A stretch of 64,000 nt of DNA from Moniliella sp. 'wahieum'. Lineage: Eukaryota. The stretch spans positions 1 to 64,000 of the forward strand of contig RSEE01000099.1 in assembly GCA_003971905.1 (NCBI GenBank). The letters are read 5' to 3'. This document shows positions 1 through 12,365 of the stretch, one piece after another. The number at the start of each line of letters is the position of its first letter. Position 1 is the stretch's first letter. The translations under genes and the position numbers were made by a program. The notes under the pieces are model-generated. The model saw only the letters and a program-made list of their open reading frames with translations, was not told where the DNA came from and did not search any database.

Positions 1-232
1 CATGTGCGACGGGCTTCCTCCGCCGCTCCTACTCCATAGGGTGTGGTGGGGGGAGGGCTGGGCCCGCTGCCTGCCCGCCAGTCTTCCCGCTCCCGCCCCT
101 CTTCCGCCCTGTTCCGCCCGCCCGCAGCCTTTGCCTGCGGGGTAAATCACAATCACCCCTCCCGCCTCAGCCGGGCGGCACCCCAACACCACTGCTTCGG
201 GGGCGTACGGCTTGTCGTGGGTCGCTGTCACG

Positions 233-1999
233 CTATGTCTGGTCCTTCGCTTCCCGTGCTGTGAAATGGGCCCATTCCACACCCGCGTGTGGGTTACTTT
301 GCTTGTGTCTCTTCCTACAAGTTGTCCGCAGCTCTCTCGAAGGTACGATGCATCCTCTCGCAAGCCGGGGTCGCCTTTTGGCCATGAGGCGAGGAAGAGA
401 TTGGAGTCTGCGTTGATGCACAGAGGCTCTCCTTAGTGGGTGGTACGCTCTTCCTCTGCTGCGTGCATCTGCTGTAGATACAGACTCCTCGCTGGGGGGG
501 GTTGTTAGACGCCGCGGCGCAAGGTATAAAAATGCATCGCATATGAAAAACCAATTAATATCGGTTGGAGCGCTCATCAGGTTGTCACTGACCACTGGAC
601 GCCTGGCCGAGTAGACTGGGCCTTGGTCCCATTCGTAGTCATCTTCAACGCCATCGTCGTCCTCGCTGCTCCAGGCAGCAGCCATACGCTTACTACCCCG
701 TCCCTTGAGTCTAGGCTGCTTTGAGCACCGCCCTCTGTGCTCTCCCGAGTGTGCAAGGGAGCCATCGTAGCTCCCCTACCACGAATATGGCTGGGGCGCT
801 CGTATTTCTCCTCTTGCTCACGACCGGGGGAGGCGGACCTGTCCCGTGACGCACGAGGACGGCCACCCATGAGCTCGCGGCCTTTGGAATCTGGCTCTGG
901 CATTTCCGGGGAGGTGGGGAACCCGAATGTTCGCCAATGTCCTTCAATGCCACCACTGTGCGACCTGCATGGTACCCATAGCGGCGATACCACTCACTTT
1001 TCCCACGGGAACGCAGTTGTTTGCGGTCAACTCATCGACAGCGAAACGGGCGTAAAGGGTGGAAGTGAGCTTGAGAAAGTCGTCGTGTTGTTCCCCTGGA
1101 GGGATTCCTTCATCTGCTTCTGCCATGGCCTGGTCGACGTCCCCAGAGGGAGGCGCATCCGCTTTTGCATTAACCAGCCACTGTTCAGCAGCTTTCCGCT
1201 CAGCCGAAGTGTATATCTTGAGGGGAACAGGCCGTAGCTTGCGCGAGGTAAGTAAAGCGAGCCCCAATTGTTGCTCCTCCTCCTCGGTCAGACTTGACTC
1301 ATTATGGTATGTGACCTTACGCATGGCGTCTAAAGTGGGCAAGGGGACAACCGACACCGGCTCGGTAGCAGGGGGAGTGGATGCCTCGCCCAAAACAGCA
1401 TCGGCTTGATCTTGATCCACGCCATCACCCCCCCCACCCACAACAGGATCGGCTTTGTCCTGGTCCATTGGATCAGCCACGGTGGTACCCAACTCAGTCG
1501 GGCGTAACAGTTTCTTGAGTCCCGTTAGGGCAGCTTCTTCGTCATGGAAGATGACGTTGCAGCTAAAGTCATTGACCCACTCCACCGACAAGGGAGATGC
1601 ACCCCAATTCACGAGCCAAGCAAAGACCCGTGAAGTTGAAAGCTGCGTGATGGGAGCCCCAAAGACGTGCAACGCCTTCAGCCGCACGCCGTCGATCCCA
1701 ATTGCAGACACAACCGACAGGTCAGGCTGGTCCGGAACAGGAGTGTCTGGGTCAAAGCACATGGCCAAGTCAGTGGGGGAAGGGCCACATGAAACAAGAG
1801 GGAGGGACGTACCATCTTCGGGATTTTGAGACACAAGTTGGTCTTCGTGAATGAGTTTGGGGGCGGAAGTGGGGGGCGGTGCCGAGTCTGAAGACAACGA
1901 AACAGCAGGCACTTGACCAGCAGGGCCGGCGGTGTCCACCGCCTGGGTGCCGGAGACGGCCAAAGGCTCGGGAGCACCGTAATCGAGCCCGTCAGCCAT
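233..1999 (-). CDS. NCBP3/DUF2414-like nuclear cap-binding/RRM-like protein (frameshifted; 3' end uncertain)
   Basis: Motif LHVFGAPITQLSTSRVFAW...VEWVNDFSCNVIF, then LYARFA and (shifted frame) SEWYRRYG, then an RS-rich and acidic tail spread over ORFs 944-2155, 577-993 and 233-685. ATG at 1999. Confidence 0.7.
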
Positions 2000-2351
2000 G
2001 GAACAGAGGGAGTGGGAAAGGCAGGCAGGCGCGTCTAGGGCGCAGGTGGGCAAGTCGGGGCCAGAACGTTGGGGACGCGGATGGCCGGCGAAGGCGAGGC
2101 GGCGGCGACGCAGCCAGCAGCTGGCAGTGATGGGCGCTTGGCGACCTGGGTTCAACTTGAACGTTCAGTTTCGCCTCCCATGTTCCGTCTAATTAATCGC
2201 TCGGCGGCGCCGCAACCCCGCAGGTGCTTACGTGAGGCGCTGGCGCTGGCGGCTGCGCAAAGCCAATTTGAAATGAGTCGTGCGATTGCCACGCGAGGCA
2301 ATCGGTGGCTTGCGCTGCTCCGCTGTGCCACCACGAGGTCGCTCGACCGCC

Positions 2352-4110
2352 ATGGCGTTTCCCCAGGCCGTCCAGCGTCTTGTGCTGCTTGTCCTTGTGG
2401 GCATCGTGCTGGCGCCCTCGGTTTGGCCCAGTACCTTCACGGCGGCTGGCATCCTGGCCTGCCGTCCAAGCATGACGGCGAACCTGCGGTCGGAAGCAAC
2501 TACCGCCAAGACGCAGGATGGTCTCCGCACGGCATCCACCGCCCTTCGCCCGCCCGCTCTTCTCCCGTCCGTGGCCAGTCCATCCCCGACGTTGCTGCAC
2601 CTAAGCCCCGGGGCCCGCCTCCCCAACCAGACGTTCACCGAGCGCCTGATCCGTGTATGTTCCGTTCCATGATGTATGGGCTCATCTGCTAACCTCGTCC
2701 TTCGCCTCTGCAGTTTGGACTCACCAAGGTACTTCGATGGTCCGATGAGCGGGCGGACGAGACTCAGGACCGGATTCGCGCCAAAAACAACCCCACGTTT
2801 CACCCGAAGGTGGAGATTCTAAGCGGGTCCAATGGCAGCTATTCCCATTTTCTTCAACTCCTGGGCTACTCAGACAGTAGCACTGTAAACCAAGACGCCG
2901 TCCTAACGAGCATGGTCAATTCCGTCGTTCGTTCTCATCCGACTCCAGCTCCGTGGGCTATTCTCTTGTACGTTCAGCCTGTCTTCCGAAGGTGGTGGTA
3001 CTTGATTCTAACGGTTTATCCTTATTTGTAGCTCCGCTTCGGGGGCTGACAAGGAATCTCAAAAGTTCGACCTCATCTTTAACCGCACCATCCACTCGTT
3101 TTGGCCCGATCCCTCCACCGGATTTGCACCCATCATTAAAGGCGCTGAAAATCCCGATTCAGACGCGACTAAGATCGCAGAAGCAGCCAAGGCTAGTGCT
3201 ACAGCATCACCCAGCCTCCCGGATGGATACGAGGTGATCGGCGGCTTCACCGTCCGTGTGGCCGAGCCTACAGGAACACCCGAGATTGGTATGCACAAAC
3301 GCAAAAGCTTCTTTGGAGACTTTCTGCCCAATGTAGGCTCTCTTCTTACCGGCAGCGGGGACGGGACACAGAAACCATCGCAAGAGGACATGGAGGCCGA
3401 CGCTGAGTCAGAACTAACCGACAAGGAGATCTTGAGTCCATCGCAGTGGGGTCGGCGTCAAGCGTTGGTTGAGGCCAACCTGCCAAGCGTGGAGGCTGAG
3501 GGACTTCGATTCGGCTATGTCGATTATGTGCGGCAGCCTGTGGTCGAATGGATGTGGGGAATCTGGAAGGTGCCCTTGATCGTGTTTGTTATGCCTGCGC
3601 CGCTGGGATCGGAACGACCGTTCGAGTTGCGATATTGGAAAGTGTCGCAGCACATGCCCAACGTGAACGAGGTGATTACCTTTTTGGGCTCGGGCTCATG
3701 GAAATCACTGCCTGTGTGGGAGAGCGAATGGGCGCCGGGCGGTGCCAAGTTTGGCAGGATGCGCCACTTGGCTACCTTTTTGGGAAAGTATTATTACCCC
3801 TTCTGGAGATGGTACCCTCATGGGTCCTGATGATTCTTTCGACTGCTGTCGCTTCGTTCCTCCCCCAGTTGATGCACCGAGGTGATGCAAAGAAAATGAA
3901 GGAAGCCACCGAGGCAAAGAAGCGGCGGAAAGCGGTGGAGGAGGCTGTGAAACAATCCATGGCTGCTGAGGCTAAGGAACAAGAAGAACAGCAGGCTGCC
4001 CTTCTTGCAGCTCGAGAAGCGTCGACGTCATCGTTCACCAGCCCATCTCCCACCTTGTCCGCGACTCATAAGCCTCGTGGGCAGGGCCGCAAGGGGCTGC
4101 ACGGCGCTGA
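2352..4110 (+). CDS. Hypothetical membrane/secretory protein, possible degenerate thioredoxin-like fold
   Basis: N-terminal hydrophobic signal (MAFPQAVQRLVLLVLVGIVLA), FGYVDYVRQPVVEWMWGIWKVPLIVFV segment, then a C-terminal TM helix and Lys/Glu-rich tail. Pieced together from several frames. Confidence 0.45.
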
Positions 4111-6055
4111 ATGTAAGAGGCATTGGTGCCTCCATCTCCTACACTTTTTTCTCCCTGTGTACCCATCGCATCCATTTGATTTGTTGGCCGTTGACCAAAT
4201 GGTCCGCCCCCTTGGACTCTTGTTCTGTCCTCTTGCACTCTGTGGCTTTGTTTGGAGCCTGACGAAACGTGTAGTGACTGGATGGTTTGGACATTGTTCC
4301 CCGGGTAGTACTAGGGATTAGGTGATATTGAGGTCTAATATAGGGAGGGTGACGAACGGTGCGCTCAACCACGGAGCCGTTCTCGGTGGCCGAACATGGC
4401 GTCTTCTCGCACGTGTATCCGTTGAACTCAAAACAATTGTGGTTCATGCACCATCACCGTGACCTGGCGCGGTCATTGCCGTTATACTTTGAACCACCGG
4501 ATGCTCTTTGAAAACCCGACATGGGGCGTCAGTAACATCATAGTCGAGTATGCAACACACGGCAAGCTGTCCTACTCGGCTTGTATGGACCGTGTTGCAC
4601 GATGACAGAGCAAACCTCGGCGGTTCGGCACTGTTGGACGCCCTTAGGCCGTAATACCTCGGGCCTGCGGCTGAGGCCGTGCCGAGACGCATGAACAACA
4701 CCTTCACGTCCGTTTACTCTCGGTGCTGTAACCATATCGTTGACAGCAGAGCGTAAGGATGGGAAAGAGAAACGCTGCGCCTAGTGTAACCGACCTCATC
4801 CGGGATGTAGGAACAAAAATCGCAGTAGGCGCCGGAGTTGTCAGAAGTCTTTTTGGAATGTCCCTTCTCAGTTACTAAACGAAAGAAGGTGTGACGGGCG
4901 AACGCTGGCTAGCGGGCCAACGGAGCGCGCCGATCCCCTTCTAGTCCACCCCAAGCCCTTGATTCGTGCGAGCGAACGTTGGCAAGCGGGCCAGCGGAGC
5001 TTGTAACCCTCCCCCAAGTCCCAGAAGAGGCGATAATTGGCCGGCGGGCCAGCAGCGTCTCTCTACCCCCCCCGTTTCTTTGGCTCCCAAGATGGCTTTA
5101 TCTCGCACCCCGGCCGAACGAACGAAGGAGGGGCGTGCGATGAGATGAGACTTGGGCGTCTCCCCTCCTCTACTCGCCAATTGATTAATCCAGTACAGGC
5201 AACTGCTCCTCTTTTTAGTTGCTCTTCCAGCCCCCGTCGTCAGATCTCTACAGCCCCAGCCCAAGTCCAGCCCACAGTTCAGCCGCGTGTGATTCTGCCT
5301 ACAGCCCGCCCCCCAGTCTCAGTCCCCAGTCCCAGCCCAGCCTCAGTCGAGCAGCGTAGGTCCTCCGCTGCCTCCTCCCCGTCCCTTAACCCCCAGGCTT
5401 CAGACACGCTACTGCCGCCCAAGCCGGTGCTGCGCAGCCTTGCCACACTTGCAGCAGCCTCTGCTATACGCCGAGAGGCCTCTCCTTGTCCCTAGCTCCG
5501 CTCGGACCCACCAACCAGCCCAAGCGTGTAACTACCATGAGTCGACGTTACAATCTCCAAGGGATTGTACCCCTTAACCCCCCCGGGGCGGGCCCCCTGG
5601 TGGCGCCCGCGCCCATGACAGAAGGGTATCAGGGCGACATGGTGTAGCAATCACGGCCGGGCGATGTTGTTCGAGGATACTATAACGGGTGCCCCGTTGG
5701 AATTAGGGAAAAGGCGGACTGGAATGCTGTAGCATTTCTCCGGTTCCTACCTACTTACTCCTAAGTCACTGTACCAGTGTGGGTTACAATCGAAATCCGT
5801 TACCGCGGTTAGGCCGGTTACCGGTTACCGCTTATAAAAAGCACTAAAAGTGAAAAACTGCGCAAGCTAGGGTGTTGCGAGCGAACGAGGTGAGGTGTGG
5901 CTGAGGCCTGTGATGCATGTGAACGTTGGGAAACGGGCTGAAGTTGAGGCACCGGAAAGGGCGACGGAGAAAAGTTGGAAAAAGAAGTAGAGAGCTTATA
6001 TCGGGGCTTGGGGGCTGGAAAGGGCGTTTGCGTGGGAGGTTGCTTGGACACGGCG

Positions 6056-6295
6056 TGTTGGCCTAGGGAGCCGGACGGGCAGAAGGATGAGGAGAAGGTG
6101 ATGGATTGGAGCCAGAGTTGGGTCTGGGTACAGAGGCATCTATATAGGAGGCTGGACTAGGCACAGGGACAGTGAGTCACACAGGAGAGAGTGCAGGGCA
6201 CAGGGACAGTGACACGCAGGGACGTCAGCGTGGAAGCCGATGGAACCGAGGCGAACCTGGTCTACCGACTGGGAGCCAGAGGATCACAGTCAACA
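6056..6295 (-). repeat. LTR (3' LTR on minus strand), 240 bp
   Basis: Direct repeat of 7208-7446 with TG...CA ends and an internal TATATA. Confidence 0.92.
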
Positions 6296-7009
6296 CCCCC
6301 GCTGGCCAGGGAACCCGGAGACATCGGTTGTGGATGAGCTCCTGCCAGTGGATGTAGAGAGGGGAGGACTTGAGTGGCAACCGGGACGAATGGCCTGGAG
6401 TTGTGCATGGCCACACGACTGGCCTACACCCCCGCTGTCCAGGATGACACCTGAACGAGCCGAGCGCTTGTGGTTGGTGTATTGTGCGACCGCCAGATGC
6501 TTGTAGAAGTCTTAGAAGTAAAAAGTAGGGTTGCGCCCGAAGCGATTTGGTGGGCAAAGTAAAAAGCACCAGTTATAGGTGTAGTGAAAGAAAATTGGAA
6601 ACTTGGAGTAATGCGGTCCAAGGTCGTTTGGCATCAAAATTGGATGCGTTTGGTAGTTGTTTGGTTCCGCATGCCTGGTGCCAGTGGGGTCCATTGGGCA
6701 TGGGAAATGAACGGGCGCTATGCGTCAACCGTCTTGATCTGTTTGGGTTCTCTTTGTTGTTGAAAAAGAGGAGTGGAAGAAGTTGGGTGACCACCCCCCC
6801 CCATCCTTTCCCCAGGTGCCCGGATGAATTGGCAATCCGGGGCGTGTAGCCGTGGGTGGGGCACTTGATGAGCAGCCACCCCGCTTTCTGCGATTCGCCT
6901 GCGCCGTTTTGTCGTTGGAGGAATTTCGTCTCGTTGACGATACCCGACACGTTTTGTTCCGTCGTGTGTTGTCCCTAAAAATCATTGCCCCATCTGTGGG
7001 GGACGAGTG

Positions 7010-7086
7010 TGCCGATTGTGGCGGTAGTATGCCGATTGTGGCGGTAGTATGCCGATTGTGGCGGTAAGGTGCCGATTGTGGCGGTG
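7010..7086. repeat. 20-bp tandem repeat x~4 inside the LTR element
   Basis: TGCCGATTGTGGCGGTAGTA unit repeated at 7010, 7030, 7050 and 7070. Confidence 0.9.
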
Positions 7087-7207
7087 GTGTTGTTGGGCGG
7101 GAGGACGGGTGTGTCTTGTGGGCTTGGCGGCTTAGCTTGGGCTTGTAGGCTTGGGGGTGGGCTTGCTTGAAGAGCGCTCCCCTTCCGGGGGGATCAGATT
7201 GTAGCTC

Positions 7208-7446
7208 TGTTGGCCTAGGGAGCCGGACGGGCAGAAGGATGAGGAGAAGGTGATGGATTGGAGCCAGAGTTGGGTCTGGGTACAGAGGCATCTATATAGG
7301 AGGCTGACTAGGCACAGGGACAGTGAGTCACACAGGAGAGAGTGCAGGGCACAGGGACAGTGACACGCAGGGACGTCAGCGTGGAAGCCGATGGAACCGA
7401 GGCGAACCTGGTCTACCGACTGGGAGCCAGAGGATCACAGTCAACA
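7208..7446 (-). repeat. LTR (5' LTR on minus strand), 239 bp
   Basis: Only visible difference from the other LTR is one G (gctggact vs gctgact). Confidence 0.92.
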
Positions 7447-8202
7447 CGGCGAACGTGAACGTTGAACGTTGAACATGAATCAACGGTTCAGGGTTCTTCA
7501 GGCATCAGGTGCATCAGGCATCAGGAGCTCGGGCCCTCAGGCCTCAGGCACCTCTGTAAGCACTTTTGAGTCCAGACCAACAGGAAAAGGACGATGGCGC
7601 GATAGCCAGGTCTATCTATCGGTATACGTAGCGTGGGAAGCTACAGGACCTGGCAGGCAAGACCATCGACCATCGATCATCGATCAATTTGCCCGGAGAC
7701 TGCCGCCGAGCGAGAGAATTTTTGTCCGATCCCGCCGTCTGCCCCGCCGTACGGAGCAAACGAAGGGGACGTCTGCCATCGTTCGCAGCTCGACTGTTTC
7801 ATTAATTTCACGCTCTCCGGTGCTCTCCCCTGGCTTCTTCAAACTGCCAAGCAAGCCCTGAACCGGAAAGGTACGGAGGGTAGACTTTTATGCGCTGCCC
7901 GAACTCTGTAAAAGAAGGCACTTATGCAGCACGCCATCCCAGCTCGAGGCGGAATGGCTAATGGCAGGGGGAAGTGTACCCCCCAGCTGCGCCGGAAGCG
8001 AGGCCAGTGGAGAGTGCTGCGTCTGCGGGGGCTGGGAGGCAGGCTGGGTGCGGGACACGGATGGCGCTAGCATTTGCGATTGTTTTTTAGGGGGCATGGT
8101 TGCATGGTTGCGTGGTTGCCGTTTACGCGATCATGCATTGCATCACCGGCGACCAGCCGTCCTTTCCGCAATCAATTTATCAGCCAGCGCCCAGCCCCGG
8201 CA

Positions 8203-8376
8203 CGGTCACCGGTCACCGGCACCTCGTACATACAGGTGTGTGAAGAGGTGACACAGTGACTAGTGACCGGTGACCGGTGAGGCAACGCGTGGCGTCTGTC
8301 TATCAAGTCCAAATGCGTGCCCACTAGCCAAGAAGGCACAAGGTACTAGTCACTAGTCACTAGTCACTAGTCACTG
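8203..8376. repeat. 7-bp TNA+palindrome arrays
   Basis: GGTCACCGGTCACCGG; TGA-CTAG-TGA-CCGG-TGA-CCGG-TGA (8257-8280); ACTAG(TCACTAG)3TCA (8345-8373). Confidence 0.9.
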
Positions 8377-9334
8377 GTTCACTTGATAAACGATATCGCC
8401 GGCCACTGGCGCCTAGCCACAGCACTTCGGGGCAACATCCCGTCTCAATGCATCTCGCCGATGCTCGCTGCAGCACGGCGCCTGTGTTGCGCTAATCTGG
8501 ATGGGCGCGGGGAGCACTAGGCGTGTTTAGGTAGTGAGCGTTTTGGACGGATGCACACCCGGGGCAAACGGACAGTATGCGTCGCCTCTGCATGCTGGGA
8601 CGGGCGTGTGCCTGGCTTTGGGCTTTAGGGCCTTGGGGCTTTTGGACTTTGGGAAGGGCGATTGGCGCTTAGCCTAAGCGCTTAGCGCTTGCAGCTGGGA
8701 TACTGCTGCAGGCTGCCTCCTTGCCGGGACTGGGCAGCCAGGGTGCAGCGGCTGATAATGGGAGGCGCTGGGCCGCTGGGTCTGTGCACATACACGCGGG
8801 CCGCCCGACACGCGTGCCTGCTGCCTGCTGCACTTGGTGCTCGTGCTCGCGCTGCTTGTGCTGCCCCCGTGCGGCGCATGGCGCCACTGGCCACTGGCCC
8901 AGAGCCATCTCCCGCATAGTATTCTCCTGCATGCAGCAGGACCTCCTCGCGGCCGTCGCCAGCAGCAGCCCCGCTCGCATCTGCGTCGCCTCCTCCTGCC
9001 ACCACCACCACCCACCACCCCCCCTGCGCGACGCTTCCTCCGGCCTCCGCTCCCGCAGCACACCCGCCCCACATGCGTCCTGCGTACCCCCCCTGCATGG
9101 TGGCCATCCCGCCTACGCCCCCGTGAATCCGCCATGGCGCCTCCCCCGTTGCCATCGGCTTCTGCCGGCATGCCCAAGCGCCCTTCCGACCACCATCTCT
9201 CGCCCCCCACCCTCCACCCTCCCACCTCCCGCCCTCGCCTTCCCGCGGCTCCTCTCCACCCCAGCATGCGACCAATCGCCCGCGGCTACCGCCCCTGCGT
9301 GGCTTGTTCGATGCACCGTCGCCGTCAGGCTCCA

Positions 9335-10996
9335 ATGGCAACCTCAATCGTACGTTCACTTTCTTTCCCCTCCTTTTTTCCTTCCTCTACAAGCTGGCCA
9401 TGTTGCAGCTTGGGCATTGGACGAGAGAAAACGGCACACTGTGGCTCAGTGGTGGGTCACCTGGGCCCCGTCTTCTCCGTTTCTGGTGTTTTTTTTTTTT
9501 TTTTTGTTTCGGTCCTGGCCTGGCCCAGCGATGAGGCATATCCACCCTCAGAAGTCTTGCTCTCTTTCATGCTGAGCCGTCCTACGTTGCCCACGTGCTC
9601 CGCACTTCCATATGCCCATCCCGGCTTTACTGGCTGCCTGCTCCTTTTACCCTGCTTTCGCTCTCACGCGTTCCCGATGGGATGGTGTGCTGACTGTCTT
9701 GCCCGCTCTTTCCTTTCATTTTTTTTTATCACTGGCACGGCTACCGTTTCGGATTTAAACCGGTTCAGGCTCCTTGTCGATCAGTGCCGGCTCGTACCGT
9801 GAACGTGAACCTACTACCCTCACGCCGTCGAGTTGGGGCCGCAAGTGGCTGCGCCCTAATTGCCCAACGGTCGCATTCGGATGCCAATCCATACTACCCA
9901 TACAACCTTACTGGGCCTGCCTACGGCACGGTGCCACCGTCTGTACAAGCACGCACACGAGGAGGAAGTGCCTCATCTGCGCCCTCGACCTTTGACGTGG
10001 CCCCGGCTTTGCTCCCCACGGCCCCACACCCACCACGTACCGCTGGCAGCAGAGTGGAACGTTCCCCCGCCCCCAGGCACAGGTTATGGCGAGCATGGCC
10101 GTCATCACTCCTTGCCCGGCGCATCGATCCAGGGTGGGAGCACCGCCAGTGGCGCCTGCTCGGGATGGATGAACCGACCCGTGCCGCCTACATTTCCAAT
10201 CTGGTCAATTCGATTGACCTTCAGCGCTCTCTTCGGCCTCGCGTGGGGGCGCGCGAGGGGCAGCCAGCGTGCGACGAGTGTCGCCGACGCAAAGTCAAGT
10301 AAGTGCCTATCCACCCGTTTGTGTATTTCATCCACTTACCCATGTCCAATTTGGCCTGAGCAGGTGCGATCGTAATACACCCTGCCTCCGTTGCGTCGCG
10401 AGCAAACGAACATGCACCACGAACGACATGTTGATGCGCCGCGGCCCGTTAACGCGAGAGCAGCGGGCCGTATTTGCCTTTTCGGGCATCACGTACGAAT
10501 CCCACCGGGAACGGATGAAGAAGCGTCGACTTTTGCACCACGCCCAACACGCCATGTCCCCCGCCTCTGACCACCGCACCTACCTTCCCGCCCCCCCTGG
10601 CGCCGGGCCCACCTACCGTCCTCACCACCACCCACCTCTGCCCCTATGCCCATCCCCCCCACGGGCCCGCCCCTGCCGTCGCCGACGGAGACCTATCCGG
10701 ACTACCCTTATCCTCCGGGCGAACGATACGACGCAAGTATGATGGTTTCTTCCTCTGTGGCGCCGTATGATAGCACGGGTGCGCCTACGCAGCAGGCGGG
10801 TATGCCTCCCTACCCGACCCACGTGATGGGACGTACGGGCTTTAGCTATGCAGACCCGAGTGCACCCGAGCGTGCCCGCGCTTTGCATCCCGTTTCCGTC
10901 GGCCCCACGGCGCCAAAAGGCATGGCTACTACCCGGCGCACAGTTCCGTTCCGTCCTCGTACTAAGATGGCCAGGGTTGCCCCCGACCCTGATTGA
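9335..10996 (+). CDS. Zn(II)2Cys6 fungal transcription factor (start uncertain)
   Basis: CDECRRRKVK-[intron 10299-10363 GTAAGT...CAG]-CDRNTPCLRCVASKRTC, with a Pro-rich C-terminus. Probable first exon ATG 9335 followed by a GTACGT donor. Confidence 0.8.
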
Positions 10997-12267
10997 CATG
11001 GTGGCACCGGACCGTGCTATCTAGCGTCCGCCAGCGCGAGGGCGACCGTCCCGAATTGGAACGAAGATGGTACCCCGTGCCCCCCGTACTGGTGGTTCTA
11101 TCTCTTGTCGTATTTTCTTCGCCGCCTGTGCTGAGCAGGGTGTGGCTCATCCCCCTTGGGGCTCTCTTGCCCCCCCACCCCCCCACCCCCACTTCCCCCC
11201 TTGTTCCGCCTTAGCCACTTCCTGCCCACTGATGTTTGTATTGTTACCGTTGTTGCTGTGGTGGCGCAGAGCGCGTCTGTTTGTTTTGTTCATACCTCCC
11301 TCGTTGCGATGCCTCCTATACATTTCCATTGCACTGGCAAGAAGCACCGGCTCTGGGATAGAGATACGCCGTGTAGGCCGTCCTACATGCTGCAAACGCA
11401 GCTGGGAGGAGTGGCATGCCTCGCCTGTAACTTGGGTTCGTCTGATGACAAGGTGACAGCTGACCGAGCTGCCATTACCGGTTACCGACGAAGCTGGAGG
11501 GACGTGTGCCGGAGGAGGATCTGATGGCGGAGAGGAGGTGTGCTGATATCGTGCCTCGTTACTAGTTACTAGAGTGGAGATCCGCGGTGAGCGCTGTCCA
11601 TGCGGCGGTACCGCGCCCATATAAAGCCAGCAATCAGAGGAGCATCTGACTGGCCGCGAACCATGCTACCGATAAATGGGACCAGAACGGCACCAGAGGC
11701 TAACTGGTACGCGGGGCGGGGCTACCCTTGCTCCCCTCGGTCTTGACCGTGCCCGTTTGAGGCCTCGATCAGATGTGCTTGTTCCAAGGCCGGCAGTCAT
11801 TCAAGTTCACCATGGCCCGGCGAGAGATCCTACGCAGCGATATAGACATGCGGGGGGAATGTTTGTTCCAGCCTGACTTGAGGAAGTCCCCCGCCTGGCG
11901 GATTGGGGCGCGCAGCACCCAAACGCTGGCGGAGTGAACTCTGCGCATCTGTTGCCCCGACGACTACGACAGGACCTCACGCGTACTAGTGCCAAAGAGG
12001 CTGACTAGTATGTCTGGGTCCACTGCACCCCGTACCATCCATCGGGCATAACGCGAATTGGGCGTACACCTCCAGATTGACCCGACTGCTCGCACATGCC
12101 AACCCATTCTGCTAGGCACATAAGCACCATAAGCGGTGCCCGGATTCGCCCAGTTCCTGCAACGACAGCTGGTGCGTGTAGCCCAGATCGAACACCAGAG
12201 GTAGCGGCGAGTGTATCCGCTAGGAGAGCATTGCTCTTGTTCTTTTTGTAATCCTGAGCAGGCATGT

Positions 12268-12365
12268 GTTCTATTAGCTCAGTTGGCTAGAGCGTCCGAC
12301 TGTTAATCAGACGGCCTTTGTCTTTGTGGCATCGGGAGGTCGTTGGTTCGAGCCAACATGGAACG
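12268..12365 (+). tRNA. tRNA-Asn(GTT) with intron
   Basis: Acceptor GTTCTAT/ATGGAAC, D-arm AGCTCAGTTGGCTAGAGC, anticodon GTT 12302-12304, intron ~12306-12330, GGTTCGAG T-loop, downstream T-run terminator. Confidence 0.9.

Larger units (their letters stand above)
6056..7446 (-). mobile_element. Non-autonomous LTR retroelement (TRIM-like), 1391 bp
   Basis: Near-identical LTRs at 6056-6295 and 7208-7446 with TGTTG...CAACA termini. 5-bp target duplication CGGCG at 6051-6055 and 7447-7451. G-run (PPT-like) abuts the left LTR on the minus strand. No RT or integrase ORF inside. Confidence 0.92.

Noticed and set aside
7010..7086. 20-bp repeats or heptamer arrays as a CRISPR array
   Set aside because: No unique spacers, no cas genes, eukaryotic context.
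8669..9360. Multiple long overlapping ORFs on both strands
   Set aside because: Low-complexity GC-rich sequence lacking stops; no protein-like motifs.
12341..12357. 6-nt T-loop in tRNA-Asn as an unusual tRNA structure
   Set aside because: Probably a missing C in a homopolymer, consistent with the error background.
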